A DNA stretch of 64,000 nt from NCBI GenBank assembly GCA_044440125.1, contig JBITAJ010000027.1, positions 250,377 to 314,376 of the forward strand, in the 5' to 3' direction. Below are positions 58,851 through 64,000 of this stretch, piece by piece. Made by a program: the position numbers and the translations under genes. The notes beneath the pieces are model-generated. The model was not told the origin of the DNA. It searched no databases and worked only from the letters and a program-made list of their open reading frames with translations. The first letter of the stretch is position 1. Every line of letters begins with the position of its first letter. This stretch comes from Sedimentisphaeraceae bacterium JB056 (GTDB lineage: Bacteria > Planctomycetota > Phycisphaerae > Sedimentisphaerales > Sedimentisphaeraceae).

Positions 58851-61007
58851 ATGCAACAACGATACGACTACAAAAATAATATAAACACCTTGCAACTATC
58901 TCCTTATTCAGAAAGCATTCTCAACCAGCGAGAGATAACGATTCATTCTTATCAGACCTCTGTACCTTTTGATTATGTGAAAATAAGCAAAGGATTGGAA
59001 TCGGCCTGGCTTACTCCTAAAAATCGACTTGGTATTTTTGCAAGAGGTTTTATTGAGAGCTCTGATAAAGAATGGATAAGTATCGTTCTTGGACTTCAGG
59101 ATAATTTACACATCAGGGCCTATGATTATGACAATCGTAGGCCTCTTTGGTTTTCATGGCAAAATGCTATTGTAGAAACGGTTAATCTTCATTATTTTAA
59201 GGACGAGGAAGGTTTCCTGCGATTTACCACAACAGGTGGAGGAAAGCGGATAAAAGCAAAATCTCTCAATCAATTCAATCTTAATTTTTTAGATATTTCG
59301 CCTGAAGCGATAACACAAAGGTATTTTGACTTGAGCAAGCTGCGACAGTTATGTTTTGAGAGATTTCTGGAGAGGTTGTATAAACTTCGTTTTTCTGATC
59401 CTTCTGTCAAAGAATACCAGAGCATAGACCACGCTTCATTTCAGAGCCGTAAATATATTGATCCTCAGAGCGAGAGATTGAAAGAAGTTTGTGATGATCC
59501 TTATGTTAAGGTTGAGTCTTTTGACTCTGATATTGAAATCACAGCTGAAGAGTTGTTGAAGCCGGTGAAAGTTCGTTTTTTTATAAAGGGACAAAGTGGA
59601 GCACTTCGCTTAAAACTTCCTAAGATGCGTTATAAAGATCAGTATAATTCTGTTGAACTGCAAACTCAGGCATATTACAGAGTAATTGATTCAGTGGTTA
59701 CAAAGATACTTGATAAAGATTATTATGTTCATCAGAAAGTATCGCTTGATGAACTTGAAAAATCACTGGGACTGTTTCCTGATGCTGTTGATCTTACGCC
59801 TTACCAGGAAGCCTTGCGAGATCCGCAAATGCGGCAAGATTTTCTTACAACTTTAGATTTTGAAACAAACTGGCAAAAATGGCTTCCCTCTCTCCGGGCT
59901 CTGAATAATTTGTTGCAGCTTGAGGATATAAAGAAAGATGTGTCAGATATTCTAATGCAGAAAATCTCTCTTTCTCCTTTGACAGCCACTTCTCTGCTGA
60001 AAGCAGCCAGAGAATATAGTGGTCTTTCACGCATTGCTAAAATTACAGCAGAGATAGTCATCCAAATAAACTATAATATCAATCCGGTATTTAGAACGCA
60101 AGTTGAAACAGAACTTCTGCTTTGGGCAATTGGTAACGAAAAAGATTTGTGGGATGTAAATCCTCAAAGCGGAGAAATCAAACTCTCAAAGCTTCGTTGG
60201 AAGCCTGATGATCTTTCTAATAACATATTAATCAGAGCCTTAGAAAAATTAATTGACATTTTCAATGAGAGGCTTATAAATCAAGATAGTGATATTGAAG
60301 GACTGCTTATAAAGTTAGACTGGTGTTTTAGAACAGTTAAAACTCTTTTACCTAATGATATAAGCCTGCCCTCTTCATTTAAGCTTATTAAAAACGAGCT
60401 GGTACCCAATTCTTTAAATAAAGCCGATAAGATACTGGCATGTCCGGTTGATGATATCGGCTCTATGGACAGAGAGGTTTTAAGTCAATTCGGCTTACCT
60501 CTCTGGCCATTGCTATCTGCTTGCAGAAAAGTAGATAAATTAACTCTTTCAAACACAGGTAATGGTTGTGCTGTTAATCTCAAGTTTGAAGATCATAAAC
60601 CGTTTGATTTAATAGCCGGTTCTTCAAAAACATTCAAAACAGATCAGGACTTAAATGATATAGAAATCGAGTTTACAAAATACGACAGGCAGTACAGAAT
60701 AACAATCCCAGTAAATGAGCAAATCACAAATTTAGATGCTCCAAGATTTGAATGGATAACTCAGGCTCAGGCCGGTAGAGCTCTCAACAGTGTTCTTGGT
60801 AAAGATGAAGCCCCTGATAAATCAACTATATCCCGAGCAGTTAAGAATGGTGATATAGAGTTTAATGGTCTTTCTGGTCGCCAGTCAAAGTTAAAGGTGA
60901 AAAGCTTTCTTAATTGGATACAATGTACCAACGACTTAGGTGTAGATGAGTTAAAACAGGTCAGGAATGCTATAATTGGAGAGATGACAGAAAGCCTGGA
61001 ATTATAG
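58851..61007 (+). CDS. Large hypothetical protein with C-terminal HTH-like segment
   Basis: 718-aa ORF. The C-terminus reads WITQAQAGRAL...DKSTISRAVKNGDI. The rest is unrecognised. Confidence 0.7.
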   Translation: MQQRYDYKNNINTLQLSPYSESILNQREITIHSYQTSVPFDYVKISKGLESAWLTPKNRLGIFARGFIESSDKEWISIVLGLQDNLHIRAYDYDNRRPLWFSWQNAIVETVNLHYFKDEEGFLRFTTTGGGKRIKAKSLNQFNLNFLDISPEAITQRYFDLSKLRQLCFERFLERLYKLRFSDPSVKEYQSIDHASFQSRKYIDPQSERLKEVCDDPYVKVESFDSDIEITAEELLKPVKVRFFIKGQSGALRLKLPKMRYKDQYNSVELQTQAYYRVIDSVVTKILDKDYYVHQKVSLDELEKSLGLFPDAVDLTPYQEALRDPQMRQDFLTTLDFETNWQKWLPSLRALNNLLQLEDIKKDVSDILMQKISLSPLTATSLLKAAREYSGLSRIAKITAEIVIQINYNINPVFRTQVETELLLWAIGNEKDLWDVNPQSGEIKLSKLRWKPDDLSNNILIRALEKLIDIFNERLINQDSDIEGLLIKLDWCFRTVKTLLPNDISLPSSFKLIKNELVPNSLNKADKILACPVDDIGSMDREVLSQFGLPLWPLLSACRKVDKLTLSNTGNGCAVNLKFEDHKPFDLIAGSSKTFKTDQDLNDIEIEFTKYDRQYRITIPVNEQITNLDAPRFEWITQAQAGRALNSVLGKDEAPDKSTISRAVKNGDIEFNGLSGRQSKLKVKSFLNWIQCTNDLGVDELKQVRNAIIGEMTESLEL

Positions 61008-61065
61008 CAATATGTAAAGTTTGAAGTTGCACAAAAAAATATTTTTCCGCGTTTTTGATATTAAG

Positions 61066-61099
61066 AACGGCATAAGTTTAAGATTTATGCCGTTTTTTT
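61066..61099 (+). terminator. Intrinsic terminator
   Basis: AACGGCATAAG / TTTATGCCGTT followed by a T run. Confidence 0.7.
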
Positions 61100-61183
61100 G
61101 TTGCAAGTTTGTTGCACGAAAAATTTGTCAATAGAATTTCCTTTATAGAAAATAATATTCATTTTTGATAAAGGAAATATTCT

Positions 61184-61507
61184 ATGACAGAAAACATATC
61201 TAAAAGAGAGCTTTCGATAGAGCAAAGAAAAATGCTTGATTTGATGAGTGATATCAATTTCGGAAGAATTGAAAATCTCAAGGTAACCGGTGGCAAACCA
61301 ATCTTAGATCAAAGGGCAGTTGTTATCAGGAAGGTTAAATTCGGAGGACAAAATGGCAAACGAAGTGAATCTCAACTTGTTGATTTTAAACTTAAAGCTC
61401 AAGTGCTTGACTTTTTTAATAATATTGAGCTAATTAGTGATGGGATTATTCATTGCCTGGAGATAAAACATGGGCTGCCTTTTTCTATGGATATTGAACA
61501 ACAATAA
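61184..61507 (+). CDS. Small hypothetical protein of the mobile element
   Basis: RBS AAGGA; LM..INFGRIE.L.V.GG.P...VKFGG.NG.R....DF.LK.QV...LEIKHGLPF. I recall this pattern from similar elements, but this is unverified. Confidence 0.75.
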   Translation: MTENISKRELSIEQRKMLDLMSDINFGRIENLKVTGGKPILDQRAVVIRKVKFGGQNGKRSESQLVDFKLKAQVLDFFNNIELISDGIIHCLEIKHGLPFSMDIEQQ

Positions 61508-61551
61508 GCATAAAAAATCATATTAACAGTTAGTCGATTAAAACCGGCCGC

Positions 61552-61611
61552 AAAGCGGAGGTGATCGGAAACAAAAGAGTTTAGATGTTTCTTGATTACC
61601 TCCGCTTTTTT
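61552..61611 (+). promoter_or_regulatory. Long hairpin with U-tract (attenuator/terminator or cis RNA)
   Basis: AAAGCGGAGGTGATCGGAAACA pairs with TGTTTCTTGATTACCTCCGCTTT, followed by T's. Confidence 0.7.
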
Positions 61612-61675
61612 GCATCAGTTCTTTTGTTTCCACTCTTCCTGCTTCTGCGGTAATAGATACAGGAGTAAATTCAAA

Positions 61676-62287
61676 ATGAACATAGCTAATGACTTTTTGA
61701 CCCAGGCAAAAAAATGTGTTGAAAGTAAAGGTGCATTTCTTGCAAGCCGCGGAGATATTTCCAAAGATGATATTGAAGATATAAAACAGCAGCTTTATAT
61801 GCATCTGATTATCCAGAAAGATAAGTTTGATGCAAGCAAGGCTCAGGTCTCTACATTCATTAAACATGTTGTCGAGAAAAAGCTTTTCAATATTCTCAGG
61901 AGTAAATACAACGGCAAAAAAACAGTTGATCAAGGTTGCTTAAGCTTAAACATCGTAGTTGCCAGAGATGATATTCAAGGTGCCAATCTCACACTTGAGC
62001 AGTGCATCAGCAACCAGGAATATCAAAGATTTCACCAAAATAACTCGGATGATTTTGCCGATACAATTAACCGGAAAATTGATATAAAAAATATCATCGA
62101 AAATCTCCCTTCGGAACAAAAACAGGCTTGTATGCTGATTCTTGAAGGCAACTCTATAAGCCAGGCTGCAAAGAAAATGCATCTGGGCAGAAGCAACTTC
62201 TATAAACGTATTATTTGGCCTCTGCGAGAGTATTTTAAGCTGCAAGGCATCTCTAAAACGGATATTGGCCAATCGTTTTTTGAATAA
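61676..62287 (+). CDS. Sigma-70/ECF-like sigma factor
   Basis: DIEDIKQQL...FD..KA..STFI..VV (region 2-like); IDI..IIE.LP.EQ...C.....SISQAAK.M...RS (region 4 HTH); RBS AGGAG. Confidence 0.75.
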   Translation: MNIANDFLTQAKKCVESKGAFLASRGDISKDDIEDIKQQLYMHLIIQKDKFDASKAQVSTFIKHVVEKKLFNILRSKYNGKKTVDQGCLSLNIVVARDDIQGANLTLEQCISNQEYQRFHQNNSDDFADTINRKIDIKNIIENLPSEQKQACMLILEGNSISQAAKKMHLGRSNFYKRIIWPLREYFKLQGISKTDIGQSFFE

Positions 62288-62379
62288 AAAGCGCAACGCT
62301 TTTTCCTTTTTTGGGGTATGAAATATATGTCTTAATTCACTTTTTGAAAATATCAATACTACACAGAAGGATTATATCT

Positions 62380-63177
62380 ATGCAAAGACCAGATTGGCTG
62401 ATCGCTGAATCAGCGGATTATTATCACAAACAAGCTAAGGAGAATTTATCGAGCCATCAGCTTATCGAATTCATTAATTGCCCTCTTATGTATTTTAAGA
62501 AACTCACCGGACTTATTAAAGACAGGGATTCGCAATGCTACAGCTTTGGCAGAGCAGCTCATACCTTGATACTTGAGGGGAGAGAAGTTTTTGAGGATGA
62601 GTATGCAGTAGGCGGACCTGTAAATCCCAAAACCGGTAAGGAGTACGGCTCGAACACCAAAGCTTTTGCTGCATGGGCAGATGAAATTGGCAAGCCGGTT
62701 ATCAGCAGCGAAGAGCTTGTTATCCTTGAATTTATGCAGAATCAGGTCTTAACTCATCGGCAAGCACCTTCGCTAATAACCGGCGGAGTGGCTGAGGCAG
62801 TTTGCAGGACAGAATATTGCGGCTTGCCTTCTCAGATCAGGATGGATTATTTCAACCCGGATAAGGGGATAGTCGATCTCAAGACCTGCGATTCGCTTGA
62901 TAAGTTTGAGTTCGATGCCAGACGATACGGCTATATAAGCCAGCTTGCGTTCTATCGCGCGGTACTCAAAGAGGCAAGCGGAATCCAATACGATGTCCAC
63001 ATCATAGCTGTCGAGAAAAAAGAGCCGTTCCGATGCGGCGTATGGAAGATATCGGCGATGGCTCTCAATGAAGCCCAGCGTGAGAACGAGCAGCACATCG
63101 AAGAGCTCAAAAAGTGTATCGAATCAGATTTCTGGCCAACAAGGTTTGAGGATATCCGCCTTTTAGAAAGATATTAA
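62380..63177 (+). CDS. PD-(D/E)XK nuclease-like protein (RecE/exonuclease VIII, DUF3799-like)
   Basis: YH....LSSH.L..F..CP; GRAAH.LILEG; RMD.....IVDLKT; Y..QLAFY; IAVEK.EPF. Confidence 0.82.
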   Translation: MQRPDWLIAESADYYHKQAKENLSSHQLIEFINCPLMYFKKLTGLIKDRDSQCYSFGRAAHTLILEGREVFEDEYAVGGPVNPKTGKEYGSNTKAFAAWADEIGKPVISSEELVILEFMQNQVLTHRQAPSLITGGVAEAVCRTEYCGLPSQIRMDYFNPDKGIVDLKTCDSLDKFEFDARRYGYISQLAFYRAVLKEASGIQYDVHIIAVEKKEPFRCGVWKISAMALNEAQRENEQHIEELKKCIESDFWPTRFEDIRLLERY

Positions 63178-63217
63178 CAATCAACAACAGTAAATTTTCA
63201 TTTTAGGAGTAAACTTT

Positions 63218-63982
63218 ATGACATTACTTAATTCTATTATCACCGATCCTGCACCTGCTGCTCCAAAGGGGATTATTTACTCTCCTGCAGGTACCGGCAA
63301 GACCACATTTGGAGCTTCGGCAGATGGTTCAATTATCGTTGACTGTGAAAACGGTGCCGGTGCAATTAAATGCACAAGAACTCCGTATCTGGATAACTGG
63401 CCTGATATCCATAACTGGCTAAAGGAGATCGAAAGATCCGATCACCCTTACAGGGCAATGGTTGTCGATTCAATTGACTGGTTACTGCGGCGTATCGAGG
63501 AACATGTCTCAGGTTGCTCAAACGGCAAGGCAGAGTCAACTCTCAATCGCAGCCATGGCGGTTTTGGTAACGGCAAGCAGGTATTCAAAAACTATGTTTA
63601 CCAGATACTGCTGCCGCTTTTTGACAGAATAGTAAGCAGAGGTATTGCTGTTATCCTTCTTGCTCATGCAAAGCGCGATGAGATTACCGATATTGACGGT
63701 ATTACCATTGAAAAGACAACACCGGAGCTGCCTGAGGGCTATCTCAACGTTATGGTTGAGTGGAGTGACTTTGTGTGTCTGGCGAAGAAAATTGACGAGG
63801 ATACTCGTATCCTTATCACTTCTGAAACCCCCAGAGCATTGGCAAAGAACCGCTATTCAATGCCGCCTGAGATTGAATTTAGCTGGGATAGTTTTACATC
63901 AGCTATAGCAGAGGGACTTGAAAAGAATTTTTCAAACAATATTAACACAACCACAGGAGAAATAACAGATGGCAAGTCTTAA
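63218..63982 (+). CDS. Phage-type AAA ATPase (AAA_24/Sak4-like)
   Basis: Walker A PAGTGKTT; D.E.G; Walker B VVDSIDWL; LLAH; EW.D.V; AKNRY. Confidence 0.85.
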   Translation: MTLLNSIITDPAPAAPKGIIYSPAGTGKTTFGASADGSIIVDCENGAGAIKCTRTPYLDNWPDIHNWLKEIERSDHPYRAMVVDSIDWLLRRIEEHVSGCSNGKAESTLNRSHGGFGNGKQVFKNYVYQILLPLFDRIVSRGIAVILLAHAKRDEITDIDGITIEKTTPELPEGYLNVMVEWSDFVCLAKKIDEDTRILITSETPRALAKNRYSMPPEIEFSWDSFTSAIAEGLEKNFSNNINTTTGEITDGKS

Positions 63983-64000
63983 AGGATTTAATGCAAACGA
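63969..64000 (+). CDS. Start of probable DUF669-like ssDNA-binding protein (truncated by window)
   Basis: RBS AGGAG then MASLKGFNAN, at the usual position after an AAA_24 gene. Only 10 codons are visible. Confidence 0.45.
   Translation, partial: MASLKGFNAN

Larger units (their letters stand above)
58700..64000 (+). mobile_element. Left part of a putative phage-like/integrative element (left boundary approximate)
   Basis: Abrupt switch from CAZymes to sigma-like, PD-(D/E)XK, AAA and DUF669-like genes. No integrase or structural gene is present in the window. Confidence 0.65.

Overview
The window looks like a Planctomycetota chromosome segment, probably Phycisphaerae/Sedimentisphaerales-like. 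This is inferred from H-X9-DG prepilin-type genes, dockerin-like tails and many sulfatases. It has four parts. (1) 1-24085: a LacI-controlled glycan-utilisation locus encoding LamG/dockerin proteins, a prepilin-type protein, DUF4434, a phosphodiester glycosidase, AGE epimerase, GDPD, GH20, ADP-ribosylglycohydrolase, GNAT, Gfo/Idh/MocA, an SSS transporter, a GH127-like enzyme, IclR and a sulfatase. (2) ~24100-27490: a mosaic junction with 3-4 direct copies of a hairpin-headed non-coding repeat. Between the copies lie transposase C-terminal remnants, a GIY-YIG gene and a yjdM/phnA-like gene, followed by a truncated uidA pseudogene. (3) 27497-58590: a second, divergently organised locus, probably for a sulfated glucuronate-containing glycan. 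It encodes 4 sulfatases, GH2 beta-glucuronidase, SSS, LacI, dockerin-tailed proteins, a prepilin and uncharacterised GH-like proteins. (4) 58851-64000: the left part of a phage-like integrative element, with a large HTH-tailed protein, a 107-aa protein, a long hairpin, a sigma-like factor, a PD-(D/E)XK nuclease, an AAA ATPase and the start of a DUF669-like gene. No rRNA, tRNA or CRISPR array was found. All family assignments come from motif recognition by eye, not database searches.
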